64,000 nt of DNA from Tannerella sp. (GTDB lineage Bacteria; Bacteroidota; Bacteroidia; Bacteroidales; Tannerellaceae): positions 71 to 64,070 of the forward strand of contig JAISUI010000103.1 in NCBI GenBank assembly GCA_031272155.1. The letters are read 5' to 3'. Positions 19,605 to 31,375 of the stretch are shown piece after piece. The position numbers were made by a program, and so were the translations under genes. The notes under the pieces were generated by a model, which searched no databases, had not been told where the DNA came from, and saw only the letters and a list, made by a program, of their open reading frames with translations. The number at the start of each line of letters is the position of its first letter. The first letter of the stretch is position 1.

Positions 19605-20285
19605 TTGTTAGAGCATGTTTTAGATATTGAGCGCAATGCCTTCCTGTGGCTTAACGGCGGACATACGCTTTATGCCGATCGGTTTTTCTGGCTGTTTTCC
19701 GGCAAATTTGTCTGGATTCCGTTGGCGGTATGGATATTGTTTGTCCTGTGCCGACGTAAGGATTGGCGCGAATCGTTGTTGATCATCCTGTTTATTGTGC
19801 TGGTTATTACTGTTTGCGACCAATTTGCTTCGAGCATTTGCAAACCTTTGTTCGCCCGTTTCCGTCCGACACATCACCCCGAATTTATGAACAGTGTAGA
19901 AATTGTTTCCGGCTATCGCGGTGGTCTGTATGGATTTATTTCCAGTCATGCCGCCAATGCGTTCGGATTTGCTGTATTTACCATTCTGCTGTTTCGTTAC
20001 CGGTGGTACACGGTTGCAATTCTGCTTTGGAGTATCTGTTTTTCATACAGCCGCATCTATCTTGGCGTCCATTTTATTTCCGACATTATCTCCGGCATGG
20101 CGGCAGGCGCACTGTTCGGGTGGTTGGGCTACCGACTGTACGTAACAGTGCGGCATAAATTTTTCAAACGGACAGAAGACGCTTCCCTTATGTACACAAA
20201 ACGCGAAAAACAATACATCCTCTACGGCTTGTTTTTGACGGTATTGTTTGTATTGATTTATAGCAAGATAACTTGTGGTGGATAA
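19605..20285 (+). CDS. PAP2 family membrane phosphatase
   Basis: K.LFARFRP, FISSHAAN, SRIYLGVHFISD motifs; start uncertain (TTG). Confidence 0.9.
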   Translation: MLEHVLDIERNAFLWLNGGHTLYADRFFWLFSGKFVWIPLAVWILFVLCRRKDWRESLLIILFIVLVITVCDQFASSICKPLFARFRPTHHPEFMNSVEIVSGYRGGLYGFISSHAANAFGFAVFTILLFRYRWYTVAILLWSICFSYSRIYLGVHFISDIISGMAAGALFGWLGYRLYVTVRHKFFKRTEDASLMYTKREKQYILYGLFLTVLFVLIYSKITCGG

Positions 20286-20399
20286 ACCTAATCAGAGTCG
20301 GTTTATCCTGAAAATGCTGCAACATTTGGCAAATTCATTTTCTTCCGCCATTTCCTGCCATTTTTTTCCTGTCTTTGTTATTGGTATAGAAAAAAATCT

Positions 20400-20407
20400 T
20401 ATCTTTG
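20400..20407 (+). promoter_or_regulatory. -7 promoter box TATCTTTG
   Basis: TAnnTTTG consensus upstream of the oxidoreductase gene. Confidence 0.6.
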
Positions 20408-20472
20408 CGGTTGAAAATTCTATAAACGATAGAGTATGGCTACTGTAACATTAAATAATAACATTAAATAAT

Positions 20473-21852
20473 ATGAGTACAAAAACGAAAATTAACAGAC
20501 GCTCATTTCTTCAGAATGTAGCAGTCATCGGTGCTTCCGGCGCAGTTAGCGGTGGAACCGTATTGTCGTCCTGTGCGGGCGGTGAAAAGAAAAATGCCGG
20601 TTTAACGCCTTTGCGTCCGGCAAGTGAGGTATATATCCCGGAATTGGGAGATAAAGCCGTTGAAGGCAAGCCGATTAAGGCTGCACTAATCGGATGCGGT
20701 TCACGCGGAACAGGTGCGGCGTACAACTTCTTGGATGCCGGTGACGGATTGTCAATCACCGTATTGGCAGATATTTTCAAAGACAGGCAGGATGCGTGTC
20801 GCGAGAATTTGAAAAAAGATAAACAGAACGAAGTAGCCGACGATCAGTGTTTCCTCGGATTCGACGCTTATAAAAAGGCATGCGAATCGGATGTGGACAT
20901 GGTCATCATTGCTACGCCGTCGCTCTTTCATGCCGATCACATGAAATATGCGATAGAACAGGGCAAACACGTGTTCGTGGAGAAAGCCGCCGCTATTGAC
21001 GCCGTAGGTTACCGCACGTTTATGGCCGGCATCAAAATGGCTAAAACCAAGGGATTAAATGTCGTTACCGGCACGCAACGTCATCATGGCAGGGATTATC
21101 TGGCTTCTTATAAGAAAATTCAGGAAGGGACTATCGGCCGCATCACGTCCGGCAATGTCTATTGGAACCAGGGGCACATGGATTTCAAATGCCGCCGACC
21201 CGAATGGACGGATATGGAATATATGTTTCGCGATTTCTTCAGTTGGAACTGGTTGTGCGGCGATCATATCATTGACCAGTGCGTACATAATATTGATGTG
21301 TTCTGTTGGTTTTCACACCTGAAGCCGGTTAGCGCTGTTTGTATGGGATCGCGTTTGCGCAGGGATACGGGAAATATATATGATAATTTCAGCGCCGACA
21401 TCGTGTTTGAAGGCGATGTGCATCTCCATGCCATGGCGCGTCAGATAGATAACTGCGCGACAAATATAGGTGAAATCATTCAGGGAACCAAAGGTTTCTG
21501 GAGGAGCAGCGACATGAGTATCCATGACTGGGATGGCAACCTGATCTGGCAATTCGATTGGGAAGCTACCAAAGCCACTTATTCCCAGAATGATCCTTAT
21601 GTGTTGGAACACATGAACTTAGTGAACAGTATCCGTCAGGGCAAAGTGATTGAGATTGCCGAAATTACGGCGATTTCATCCATGACAGGCATTATGGCTC
21701 GCGAGTCGGCCTATACGGGGAAAGCCATTACGTGGGAAGAAATGACGAACTCCGACCTGAGCCTGATGCCCAAAGAACTGCATCTTGGCAATACGGACAT
21801 GAAAGAATATACGACGATACCTCTACCCGGGACAAAGACAAAGCCCTGTTAA
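20473..21852 (+). CDS. Gfo/Idh/MocA oxidoreductase, Tat-exported lipoprotein
   Basis: NRRSFL twin-arginine, LSSC lipobox, IGCGSRG Rossmann motif, GKHVFVEK, HNIDV. Confidence 0.92.
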   Translation: MSTKTKINRRSFLQNVAVIGASGAVSGGTVLSSCAGGEKKNAGLTPLRPASEVYIPELGDKAVEGKPIKAALIGCGSRGTGAAYNFLDAGDGLSITVLADIFKDRQDACRENLKKDKQNEVADDQCFLGFDAYKKACESDVDMVIIATPSLFHADHMKYAIEQGKHVFVEKAAAIDAVGYRTFMAGIKMAKTKGLNVVTGTQRHHGRDYLASYKKIQEGTIGRITSGNVYWNQGHMDFKCRRPEWTDMEYMFRDFFSWNWLCGDHIIDQCVHNIDVFCWFSHLKPVSAVCMGSRLRRDTGNIYDNFSADIVFEGDVHLHAMARQIDNCATNIGEIIQGTKGFWRSSDMSIHDWDGNLIWQFDWEATKATYSQNDPYVLEHMNLVNSIRQGKVIEIAEITAISSMTGIMARESAYTGKAITWEEMTNSDLSLMPKELHLGNTDMKEYTTIPLPGTKTKPC

Positions 21853-21972
21853 AAAGTGACTTAGAAAAAAAATGCAGTCAAATAAGCATTTTTTTGAATT
21901 ATTTTTTTGCCGGTTGAAAAATAATCCCTAACTTTAGAGGCATCATTGAATAGTAATTTAAACGATAAGATC

Positions 21973-22248
21973 ATGACAAAAACAATCACATTTAATGAAC
22001 TTCGGGATATAAAAGACCGATTGCCGGACGGCACGATTCATTGCATAGCCAATGAAATAGGCGTCAGTGTTGAAACCGTCCGGAATTACTTTGGGGGACA
22101 AAATTTCAGGGAAGGAAAGAGTTGCGGAATCCATCTGGAACCAGGTCCGAACGGCGGTATCGTCATATTGGATGATACGACTATTTTAGACCGCGCAATG
22201 GAAATCCTTCACGAAAAGGAAAATCCTGATGCTGCAGTAGTAGCGTAA
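21973..22248 (+). CDS. Conserved Bacteroidales small DNA-binding (HTH-like) protein
   Basis: ITFNELR.IKD.LP.G...IA...VETVRNYFGG...GIH.EPGP.GG.V.LDDT.IL. Confidence 0.8.
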   Translation: MTKTITFNELRDIKDRLPDGTIHCIANEIGVSVETVRNYFGGQNFREGKSCGIHLEPGPNGGIVILDDTTILDRAMEILHEKENPDAAVVA

Positions 22249-22263
22249 TAAAAACATTTTCGG

Positions 22264-22303
22264 AGAATCCCGGAGCAGGCAGTTGTCTGCAAAGGGATTC
22301 TTT
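22264..22303 (+). terminator. Hairpin/terminator
   Basis: AGAATCCC..GCAGGCA/TGTCTGC..GGGATTCT stem followed by a short T run. Confidence 0.5.
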
Positions 22304-22333
22304 ATATATATAAATCATTAACAGGTAATTACT

Positions 22334-23455
22334 ATGGAAGAAGAATTAGTTACTTTAGCCATTCACACATTTGAAAAGGCGCAGATACTGAAAACGATAC
22401 TCGAAGCGGAAGGCGTCGAAGTGTCCATTCATAATGTAAACCTCATCCAGCCGGTTATTTCTGCGGGCGTGCGCGTCCGTATCAAAAAGAGCGATCTGCC
22501 TCATGCGCTACGGATTATAGAAGACGTTCGATGGCTGAATGACAGCGATGAAGAAAAAGAAGTGCAGGAGGTCAGAAAGAAAATCCTGATTCCGGTGGAT
22601 TTTTCCGATTATTCTATAAAAGCCTGTGAGATAGGAATAAACTATGCCAACCTGATAGATGCCGAAGTCATGTTGTTGCACGCTTACTTCAACGCCTATA
22701 TGCCGTCGTCATTTCCTTATGTGGCCTACGAAATGGGCGCCGGAACGACCGATAATGACGAATCCTTCAAGGAAATTGTCCGGAAAGTGGAAGCCGACAT
22801 TGGCAATCTGTGCGCTCATATTGATCGCAAGATGAAAGAAGGAACGCTTCCCGACATAAAATACGAATACACCTTGCGCGAAGGGCTGCCGGAAGAAGAA
22901 ATCATTTCCTTTGCCAAAGACTACCGTCCGACGCTTATCGTGATGGGCACGCATGGTAAAAAACAAAAAAACAGGGATTTACTCGGAAGCGTCACCGGCG
23001 AAATCATCGAACTTACCAAAGCGCCATTGCTGGCCATACCGGAAGAAATTCCGTTCGATGATTTGAAATATGCTAAACAGGTGGCATTTGCGACATCTTT
23101 TAATCAGCATGACCTGATAGCATTCGATAAATTCGTAGAACTTGTCGGCAATTACAAGGATGCCACCATTCAGTTATTCAACATTTCAACCAGTAAAAAC
23201 GAGTGGAACGAAATCCGGCTGACCGGTTTCAACGAATACCTGAAAAAAAACTATCCGGATTTGAAAATTGAATACACGGTTATCAGCGACGGCGATTTGC
23301 TCGAAGCGGTTGAAAAGTTCGTGACCGACAAACATATAGATGTGATTGCCCTGAGCGCACACCGCCGGAGTATGATTACACGGCTGTTTAATCCGAGTAT
23401 TGCATGTAAGATGCTGTTTCACAGCAATACGCCACTATTGGTAATACCGGTTTGA
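22334..23455 (+). CDS. Universal stress protein (DUF2007 + Usp domains)
   Basis: LVTLAIHT..KAQILK..LE.EG N-terminus, KILIPVDFS, IVMGTHG, LGSVT, PLLVIP. Confidence 0.9.
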   Translation: MEEELVTLAIHTFEKAQILKTILEAEGVEVSIHNVNLIQPVISAGVRVRIKKSDLPHALRIIEDVRWLNDSDEEKEVQEVRKKILIPVDFSDYSIKACEIGINYANLIDAEVMLLHAYFNAYMPSSFPYVAYEMGAGTTDNDESFKEIVRKVEADIGNLCAHIDRKMKEGTLPDIKYEYTLREGLPEEEIISFAKDYRPTLIVMGTHGKKQKNRDLLGSVTGEIIELTKAPLLAIPEEIPFDDLKYAKQVAFATSFNQHDLIAFDKFVELVGNYKDATIQLFNISTSKNEWNEIRLTGFNEYLKKNYPDLKIEYTVISDGDLLEAVEKFVTDKHIDVIALSAHRRSMITRLFNPSIACKMLFHSNTPLLVIPV

Positions 23456-23477
23456 AACAACTGTTTTCCGGGTGCCA

Positions 23478-26336
23478 TCAACTGTCGCATCCACAGATTG
23501 TTGCCACCAGGTTCCTGTCCCCGTATGCATTATTTATACGGGCGACGTTGACCCAGAACTTGTTTTCGTGCAGCCATTCCATCGGGAAAGCCGCTTTCGT
23601 ACGGGAATAGGAATGTTTCCATTCGTCTGCGGTGATTTCGTATTCGGGATGGGGTGCATTTTTCAGTACATTGTCTTCCTTTGATGCAATTCCGGTCTTT
23701 ATTTCATTGATTTCAATACTAATACATTTCATGGCTTCAACAAAACGATCCAATTCCGCCTTGCTTTCGCTTTCGGTTGGCTCAATCATCAATGTGCCAT
23801 GTACGGGAAACGAGAGGGTAGGAGCGTGGTATCCAAAGTCCATCAGACGTTTGGCAATATCGGTTTCATCAATGTCTGTTGCAGCCTTGAATTGCCGACA
23901 CTCCAGAATCAGTTCGTGACCTACACGCCCGTTTGCACCGGTGAATACAATTCCATAGTCATCTTCCAGTTTGTTTGCCAGATAGTTGGCGTTAAGAATA
24001 GCTGTCTGCGTAGCGACGGTCAGTCCTTCCGCACCCAGCATACGAATATAAGCGTAGGTAACCGGCAGGATGCCCGCACTGCCGTAAGGCGCAGCAGCAA
24101 CGGTATTGCGTCCGTCGCCAAAGAATGGATGCGACGGGAGGAACGGGATCAAATGTTCCGCTACACATATCGGGCCTACGCCGGGGCCGCCGCCGCCATG
24201 AGGTGAGGCAAATGTTTTGTGGAGGTTCAGGTGGCAAACGTCGGCGCCAATGACACCCGGATTGGTTAATCCCACCTGAGCGTTCATGTTAGCCCCGTCC
24301 ATATAGACTTGTCCGCCACAGCTATGGATGATGTCGCACATCTCTTTGATGTCGGCCTCGAAAATACCATGCGTGGATGGATAAGTAATCATCGCAGCCG
24401 CAAGGCTTTCTCTATTTTCTTCTGCTTTGGCGCGAAAATCGGCAAGGTCAATATTTCCCTTTTCATCGCATCGCACAGTGACGGTTGTATAGCCGCACTG
24501 GACGGCGCTTGCCGGATTGGTGCCGTGCGCAGAAGCGGGGAGCAAGATAACATTACGGTGTCCCTGCCCGATATTTTCAAGATAGGAACGGATCACGCGG
24601 AGACCGGTATATTCGCCCGCAGCGCCGGAATTGGGCTGCAAAGTAATGCCTTTCAGGCCGGTAATTTCAACCAGGTATGCGGAAAGGTTTTGTATAAGTT
24701 CTTGATAACCTATCGTTTGTTCCTCAGGGGCATACGGATGAATGGATTGAAATTCGGGACGACTCAGCGGCAAAAGCTCGGATGCCGCATTCAGTTTCAT
24801 CGTACATGATCCCAACGAAATCATGGAATGAGCCAACGATATATCTTTGCGTTCCAGCCTTTTAATATAACGCATCAATTCTGTTTCGGTATGATAATTC
24901 CGGAACACGTCCTGTTGCAGGAATGTGGCAGTACGCAAATATTTACGGTCAAAATAAATTCGCTTTGCGTCTAATTTGCCGTCTGCCGGACATTTCGCAC
25001 CGGTGGCAGCAATGGAAAATATATTGGCCAACGTGTGGACGTCAGCCGGTAATGTCGTTTCATCCAGACTGATACCAACCTTTCCGTCCGCAAAATAACG
25101 CAGATTTACGTGCGCGCTCAGGGCTATTTGGCAGATAGTTTCTGTCGAAATATTAGACGGAAGTTCTATCCGCAATGTGTCAAAATAATTCTCATTCAAT
25201 TGTTTATATCCAAAATCGCCAATTTTTCCCGCCAACCATCCGGTATATGCGTGAATACGCGACGCGATGTCACGCAATCCGTCAGCGCCATGATAGACGG
25301 CGTAGAAACCAGCCATTGTTGCCAGTAAAGCCTGCGCAGTGCAGATGTTGGATGTCGCTTTTTCGCGTTTGATGTGTTGCTCGCGCGTCTGGAGAGCTAA
25401 ACGGCATGCCGGATGGCCATATACGTCCACCGACACTCCAACGATCCGTCCCGGCAGATGACGTTTATAATCCTCTTTTGCAGCAAAATATGCAGCAGAA
25501 GGACCGCCATAAAACATGGGAATGCCATACCGCTGACTGCTCCCGAAGACAACATCCGCATCCCATTCACCGGGCGGCACAAGTATGGCAAGACTCAGTA
25601 AATCAGCAGATACAGCCACTCGAACGCCATGTTCATGCGCCATAGACACAAAACCGGCAAAGTCATGGATTTCCCCGTTTCCATCAGGATACTGAACGAT
25701 AGCGCCAAAATAGTTCCCGTCTTTCCACGAATGGCTCTTGGAATTACCTGTAACAATCTCAATCCCTTGTGGATCCATGCGCGTATGAAGGACAGCCAAC
25801 GTTGATTCAAACACATTTTCATCCACAAACAAACGATTGGCTCCTTCTTTCGCCTGTTCACGGCTACGGGTGGCATACAACATGGTAGCCGCTTCGGCTG
25901 CCGCGGTCGCTTCGTCCAATAATGAACAGTTGGCCAACGGCATACCGGTAAGTTCGCATATAACTGTCTGAAAATTAAGCAATGCCTCTAAACGTCCCTG
26001 CGACACTTCCGCTTGATAAGGCGTATAAGAGGTGTACCATGCCGGATTTTCAAAAACATTGCGCTGGATGGGCGCCGGACATACCGTGTCGTACCATCCC
26101 ATACCGATATATGACTTAAATATCGTATTTTTAGATGCTAATTCTGCAATATGGGAGGCAAATTCATGTTCGGTCATTGCTTCCGGCAGGTTGAGTGGCT
26201 TTTTCAGCCGGATATTAGCCGGAATTGTCTGCTCGATTAATTCGTCTATGGATGCGACGCCGAGCGTTTGAAGCATGGCTTGTTGTTCGTTTTCCGCAAT
26301 TCCTATGTGGCGGTTTACAAATTTGGTTGTGTTCAT
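23478..26336 (-). CDS. gcvP: Glycine dehydrogenase (decarboxylating), glycine cleavage P protein
   Basis: YTPYQAEVSQGRLE, LQTREQHIKREKATSNICTAQ, LGSCTMKLN, HLNLHKTF, EPTESES. Confidence 0.98.
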   Translation of the reverse strand: MNTTKFVNRHIGIAENEQQAMLQTLGVASIDELIEQTIPANIRLKKPLNLPEAMTEHEFASHIAELASKNTIFKSYIGMGWYDTVCPAPIQRNVFENPAWYTSYTPYQAEVSQGRLEALLNFQTVICELTGMPLANCSLLDEATAAAEAATMLYATRSREQAKEGANRLFVDENVFESTLAVLHTRMDPQGIEIVTGNSKSHSWKDGNYFGAIVQYPDGNGEIHDFAGFVSMAHEHGVRVAVSADLLSLAILVPPGEWDADVVFGSSQRYGIPMFYGGPSAAYFAAKEDYKRHLPGRIVGVSVDVYGHPACRLALQTREQHIKREKATSNICTAQALLATMAGFYAVYHGADGLRDIASRIHAYTGWLAGKIGDFGYKQLNENYFDTLRIELPSNISTETICQIALSAHVNLRYFADGKVGISLDETTLPADVHTLANIFSIAATGAKCPADGKLDAKRIYFDRKYLRTATFLQQDVFRNYHTETELMRYIKRLERKDISLAHSMISLGSCTMKLNAASELLPLSRPEFQSIHPYAPEEQTIGYQELIQNLSAYLVEITGLKGITLQPNSGAAGEYTGLRVIRSYLENIGQGHRNVILLPASAHGTNPASAVQCGYTTVTVRCDEKGNIDLADFRAKAEENRESLAAAMITYPSTHGIFEADIKEMCDIIHSCGGQVYMDGANMNAQVGLTNPGVIGADVCHLNLHKTFASPHGGGGPGVGPICVAEHLIPFLPSHPFFGDGRNTVAAAPYGSAGILPVTYAYIRMLGAEGLTVATQTAILNANYLANKLEDDYGIVFTGANGRVGHELILECRQFKAATDIDETDIAKRLMDFGYHAPTLSFPVHGTLMIEPTESESKAELDRFVEAMKCISIEINEIKTGIASKEDNVLKNAPHPEYEITADEWKHSYSRTKAAFPMEWLHENKFWVNVARINNAYGDRNLVATICGCDS

Positions 26337-26360
26337 ATATATTATTAATGTATATTTATA

Positions 26361-27008
26361 TTAATGTAGGAACGGGTTAAACCGTTTCTCGTCTATGATC
26401 GTTGTTGAAGGTCCATGTCCCGGATAGACTACCGTTTCGTCAGGCAGGGTAAGGAGTTTATCTTTAATGGATGCCATCAGAATGTCGTAATCGCCTCCCC
26501 ATAAATCAGTTCGCCCAATACTGTCGTCGAATAAAGCATCACCTGTCAATACAAAACCATCGCGCTGATTGTAAAATGCAAGGCTGCCGGGCGAATGACC
26601 GGGCACATGCCGTATCGTCAGTTCTGAGTTTCCAAAACAAATTTTGTCGTTTTCATTAAGATATTTTGTAATATTGATATCATCCGGCATGGAAAACTGA
26701 AAAACGTTCATGAAACGCATTTGCGTTCGCGCAGACGGCAACAGTTCCACATCGGCGTGGTGCGCTTCCGGCTCAAGCCCATACCTGTGATGAATAAACG
26801 CATTGCCAACTATATGGTCATAATGCAGATGAGTACACAGCAATCGTTTTAATTGCAGGTTGTTGTGCTCTATGAAATCGGACAGCGTCTGTTCTTCGTT
26901 TTGATTCATGCAACCGCAGTCAATCAAAACGGATTCTTTCGTTTCGTCGTAAAGCAGATACGTATTCACTGCCACAAAATTAAATTCAAATATCTTAATA
27001 TCAATCAT
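26361..27008 (-). CDS. MBL-fold metallo-hydrolase (glyoxalase II-like)
   Basis: THLHYDH, PGHSPGS, GDALF..SIGRTD, PGHGP. Confidence 0.93.
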   Translation of the reverse strand: MIDIKIFEFNFVAVNTYLLYDETKESVLIDCGCMNQNEEQTLSDFIEHNNLQLKRLLCTHLHYDHIVGNAFIHHRYGLEPEAHHADVELLPSARTQMRFMNVFQFSMPDDINITKYLNENDKICFGNSELTIRHVPGHSPGSLAFYNQRDGFVLTGDALFDDSIGRTDLWGGDYDILMASIKDKLLTLPDETVVYPGHGPSTTIIDEKRFNPFLH

Positions 27009-27625
27009 AAAGGTAAATATATTACTTTTTTCATTTCAAAAAACGGCTCTTTGTAATAGTCAGATAAATCAATGCTTATCACATGTTTGCGAAAAGGCGT
27101 CAATTCACTTTGCAGATTTCCGCCTTTCAGGCATATCAAACCGTTTGGCAGAGCGTTGATTTGCTCCGCACGAATATTTTTTCTCACCAATTTAGCCAGA
27201 TCAGACAAAGGCATCACCGCGCGACTGACAATAAAATCAAAACGCGCTTTTTCTTCCTCCACGCGGCAATGGCGCGTCGTCACGTTTGTCAAACCTGCAG
27301 CATCGGCTACAGCCTGCGCCACACGTATTTTTTTGCCCGTGCCATCTATCAGATGGAAAGACACTTCCGGAAAAAGAATGGCCAACGGAATCCCCGGAAA
27401 ACCTCCGCCGGTGCCGACATCCATCACGGAACTGCCGGGCGAAAAACGCAGCATTTTTTCAATGCCCAACGAATGTAATACATGATTAACACACAGATTT
27501 TCAATGTCTTTTCGAGATATAACGTTAATCTTTGCATTCCAGTCGGCATACGACTTCTCCAATGAAGCAAACTGCTGCAACTGCCTGTCGCTCAGATTCG
27601 GATAATAACGCCCAATAACCTCCAT
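27005..27625 (-). CDS. rsmG: 16S rRNA m7G527 methyltransferase RsmG
   Basis: WNAKINVISRKD, HVLHSL, DVGTGGGFPGIPL, SRAV, LKGG. Confidence 0.96.
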   Translation of the reverse strand: MEVIGRYYPNLSDRQLQQFASLEKSYADWNAKINVISRKDIENLCVNHVLHSLGIEKMLRFSPGSSVMDVGTGGGFPGIPLAILFPEVSFHLIDGTGKKIRVAQAVADAAGLTNVTTRHCRVEEEKARFDFIVSRAVMPLSDLAKLVRKNIRAEQINALPNGLICLKGGNLQSELTPFRKHVISIDLSDYYKEPFFEMKKVIYLPL

Positions 27626-27628
27626 CCT

Positions 27629-28480
27629 TCAAAAAGCAATAGATGCAATCGGATTTTCCGGACGCATGAGATGACGTATTTTTCCGTAAGGAATCGTTAC
27701 TGTCGTAGCGCCTACAGCGTAGGGCGCAATCTCATAATAATTGAAAGTGTAGGTAATACCCGTATCGTCCACATAGAAATTTTTATTCGGAGCAATCTCA
27801 TTCACACTGAAATAGCCAAGGTCTTCAAGTTCCGAAACGCTTACTTGACGGTAGTCCGCAATGGCTTTCACGATGATTTTGGCTAATTCGCTCTCGTAAC
27901 CTTCCGTAAAAATCTCGCTCTCCTGTACCTTCACGCCTCCATTCAGGGAAATAACCTGATTTTTGATGGAATGGTCCGGATGCGCTCCTCCTACGAACTC
28001 GGAGCGGATTATGGACAGACTGATCAGCCCATTGGCATTGTAAAGCACCTTATTTTCAGCGTCTAACCACTGAGCTTGCAGGTTTTCACTATTGGCGGCT
28101 GTTTCTCCATCGGCTTCAAACTCCTTACCGTCTTCCAATAGCGATAGATTATTATTGAAATCATCAACTGTTTCATTTGCAAATGCTTGCATTGCTTCTT
28201 GCACTGGCCGGATCGCATATTCTTCGCCGAAAAAAGAGGTATTAAACTGACGCTGTAACTGTTTAAGCGTTTTATCATCCTGATATTCACAAGGATAAAC
28301 AAACTTCATCTTCAATGAACATTCCGGATTGGTTACCACATCGTGATAATGGAATTTTTTATCCAATGCAATGGAATCAAAGCGGATATTATTTTCCATC
28401 GAACGACGTCCTGTGTTAGAACAACCTGATACTAAACCAATTACTAATAAAAAAATCGAAATTTGATATAATCTTTTCAT
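27629..28480 (-). CDS. DUF4163/DUF3298 (RsiV/PdaC-like) lipoprotein
   Basis: Lipobox VSGC, GGAHP, FNYYEIAPYAVG motifs. Confidence 0.85.
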   Translation of the reverse strand: MKRLYQISIFLLVIGLVSGCSNTGRRSMENNIRFDSIALDKKFHYHDVVTNPECSLKMKFVYPCEYQDDKTLKQLQRQFNTSFFGEEYAIRPVQEAMQAFANETVDDFNNNLSLLEDGKEFEADGETAANSENLQAQWLDAENKVLYNANGLISLSIIRSEFVGGAHPDHSIKNQVISLNGGVKVQESEIFTEGYESELAKIIVKAIADYRQVSVSELEDLGYFSVNEIAPNKNFYVDDTGITYTFNYYEIAPYAVGATTVTIPYGKIRHLMRPENPIASIAF

Positions 28481-28773
28481 TCTTTACATTATTAAATATT
28501 CTCCGCAAATATAATTCATTTATTCGAGTTATCAAACGAATATTCCGCATTAAGATTTATGAAAAATATGAATTATTTCTATTATCATTATTTATATTCA
28601 AATAATCAACGATTTATAAAATAATGTCATCCAAAAATCCGGTCAACTTCAAAAATATCCTAACGCATGTAGGTTTTTTTGTATGAAATACTTTTGTCAG
28701 AAAGTAAAAAAGCCGTACATTAGCATGTTTTTTTGAAAGAGATATATTACGTAGTAATTAAGATAGAATTTAA

Positions 28774-31338
28774 ATGACTGAACAAGACAGGATTATAACG
28801 GTTGACATTGACGAAGTGATGAAAACGGCCTACATTGATTATTCAATGTCGGTCATCGTTTCGAGAGCGCTTCCCGATGTGAGAGATGGTTTCAAACCGG
28901 TTCACAGACGTGTGCTTTTTGGTATGAATGAACTGGGGAATACATCTGACAAACCCTATAAAAAATCTGCCAGGATAGTTGGTGAAGTATTGGGTAAGTA
29001 TCATCCGCACGGCGATTCGTCCGTATATGGCGCGATGGTACGTATGGCGCAAGTATGGTCTCTCCGCTATCCGTTGGTGGACGGACAGGGGAACTTTGGT
29101 TCGGTGGACGGCGACAGTCCGGCTGCTATGCGTTATACGGAAGCTCGCCTGAGCAAAATGGCCGAAGAAATGCTTCGGGATATTGATAAGGAAACGGTTG
29201 ATTTTCAATTTAATTTTGACGATACGCTGCAAGAGCCAACCGTATTGCCAACCCGTATTCCGAACCTGCTCGTCAATGGAGCATCGGGTATTGCCGTTGG
29301 TATGGCGACTAATATGCCGCCGCATAACCTCCGCGAAGTATTAGACGCCTGTATGGCGTACATAGACGCTAAAGGCGAGATCGAACTGGACGAGCTGATG
29401 CATTACATCAAAGCGCCTGATTTCCCGACAGGTGCAACAATATACGGCTATGCCGGTGTAAAAGAAGCCTTTGAATCGGGTAGGGGACGTATCGTATTGC
29501 GTGGAAAAGCCGAGATTGAAACGGACGGCCCGCATGAGAAAATCGTTATCAGCGAGATTCCGTATATGGTTAATAAAGCGGAACTTATCAAAACTATCGC
29601 CGATCTGGTAAACGAAAAACGCTTGGAAGGGATTTCAAACGTGAACGATGAATCCGACCGAAATGGAATGCGTATTGTGGTGGATGTCAAAAAGGAAGCC
29701 AATTCTAACGTCGTCCTGAACAAACTCTATAAACTCACTGCTTTGCAGTCGTCTTTCAGCGTGAATAATATTGCATTGGTGAATGGTAGGCCAAAATTGC
29801 TGTGTTTGACAGAGTTAATAGGATTATTTGTGGCTCACCGGAAAGACGTCGTCCTACGGCGCACACGCTATGAACTGAGAAAAGCCGAAGAACGGGCGCA
29901 TATCCTCCAAGGATTGATCATTGCTTCGGACAATATTGACGAAGTCATCGCTATTATTCGTTCGTCAAACAATCCACAGGAAGCGATTACCCGCCTGATG
30001 GAACGTTTTGAACTGTCTGAAATACAGTCTCGTGCCATTGTGGAGATGCGTCTTCGCCAATTGACCGGACTGGAACAGGACAAACTGCATGCTGAATTTG
30101 AAGAAACGCAAAAACTGATCGAACGGTTGAACGAAATCCTGTCGAACGAAGACGTATTGATGCAAGTGCTGAAAGACGAAATGCAGGAAATCAAAGATAA
30201 ATATGGCGACGAACGACGCACCGACATCGTTTATGCTTCCGAAGAACTTAATCCGGAAGACTTTTACGCTGATGATGAGATGATTATTACCATTTCGCAC
30301 ATGGGCTACATCAAACGGACGCCGTTAAGCGAGTTTCGTGCACAGGCGCGCGGTGGAGTAGGGGCTAAAGGCTCGGAAACACGCGAAGAGGACTTTGTTG
30401 AATACATCTACCCGGCATCCATGCACGCTACAATCCTGTTCTTCACTGCAAAAGGCCGTTGCTTCTGGAAGAAAGTGTTTGAAATACCGGAAGGCGCCAA
30501 AAATGCCAAAGGCCGCGCTATCCAGAATTTCCTGAATATTGATTCGGACGACAGCGTAAATGCGTTTATCCGTATTAAGAACCTGACAAACGATGTAGAT
30601 TTTATCAATTCGCATTACTTGTTGTTCTGTACGAAAAAGGGCGTCATCAAAAAAACGCTGCTGGAGGCCTATTCGCGTCCGCGTCAAAACGGCGTCAATG
30701 CCATCACGTTGCATGAAGATGACGGATTGATACAGGTGCGCCTGACGAACGGCAACAATGAGGTGCTGATAGCCAACCGCAATGGCCGCGCCATCCGCTT
30801 CCACGAAAGCAAGGTGCGCGTCATGGGACGTACAGCCGCCGGCGTGCGCGGAATGAAGTTGGATGGAGGCGACGATGAAGTGGTCGGTATGGCTTGTATC
30901 AAAGACGCTGAAAAAGAATCCATCCTTGTTGTTTCGGAAAAAGGTTACGGTAAACGCTCCTGCATTGACGACTATCGTATCACGAATCGCGGTGGCAAAG
31001 GCGTGAAAACCATCAATGTAACCGATAAAACAGGTAAGTTGGTAGGCATCAAATCCGTCACTGAAGAAAATGATCTGATGATCATCAACAAGTCAGGAAT
31101 TACGATTCGCATGAAAGTGTCTGATTTGCATATTATTGGTCGTGCCACTCAAGGTGTCCGGCTGATTAATCTCGAAAAACGGAACGATGAAATCGCCTCG
31201 GTTTGCAAGGTGATGTCTGAAAAAGAAGAAGATGAAATGACGGGGCAGTCTTCCAACGACGAATCAGAGAATAAACTAAACGATATTCCGGAAGTCAAAT
31301 TAAACGAAAAGGATGAAAACGAAGATATAAATGATTAA
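28774..31338 (+). CDS. gyrA: DNA gyrase subunit A
   Basis: [36 protein letters not shown], GyrA-box QARGGVG. Confidence 0.98.
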   Translation: MTEQDRIITVDIDEVMKTAYIDYSMSVIVSRALPDVRDGFKPVHRRVLFGMNELGNTSDKPYKKSARIVGEVLGKYHPHGDSSVYGAMVRMAQVWSLRYPLVDGQGNFGSVDGDSPAAMRYTEARLSKMAEEMLRDIDKETVDFQFNFDDTLQEPTVLPTRIPNLLVNGASGIAVGMATNMPPHNLREVLDACMAYIDAKGEIELDELMHYIKAPDFPTGATIYGYAGVKEAFESGRGRIVLRGKAEIETDGPHEKIVISEIPYMVNKAELIKTIADLVNEKRLEGISNVNDESDRNGMRIVVDVKKEANSNVVLNKLYKLTALQSSFSVNNIALVNGRPKLLCLTELIGLFVAHRKDVVLRRTRYELRKAEERAHILQGLIIASDNIDEVIAIIRSSNNPQEAITRLMERFELSEIQSRAIVEMRLRQLTGLEQDKLHAEFEETQKLIERLNEILSNEDVLMQVLKDEMQEIKDKYGDERRTDIVYASEELNPEDFYADDEMIITISHMGYIKRTPLSEFRAQARGGVGAKGSETREEDFVEYIYPASMHATILFFTAKGRCFWKKVFEIPEGAKNAKGRAIQNFLNIDSDDSVNAFIRIKNLTNDVDFINSHYLLFCTKKGVIKKTLLEAYSRPRQNGVNAITLHEDDGLIQVRLTNGNNEVLIANRNGRAIRFHESKVRVMGRTAAGVRGMKLDGGDDEVVGMACIKDAEKESILVVSEKGYGKRSCIDDYRITNRGGKGVKTINVTDKTGKLVGIKSVTEENDLMIINKSGITIRMKVSDLHIIGRATQGVRLINLEKRNDEIASVCKVMSEKEEDEMTGQSSNDESENKLNDIPEVKLNEKDENEDIND

Positions 31339-31375
31339 AAATAGATAGAGTATTAATTTCTAATTTTGTACAAAA

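Noticed and set aside
20446-20471. 13-bp tandem duplication TAACATTAAATAA before the oxidoreductase start
   Set aside because: Real, but only two AT-rich copies; probably a simple slippage duplication
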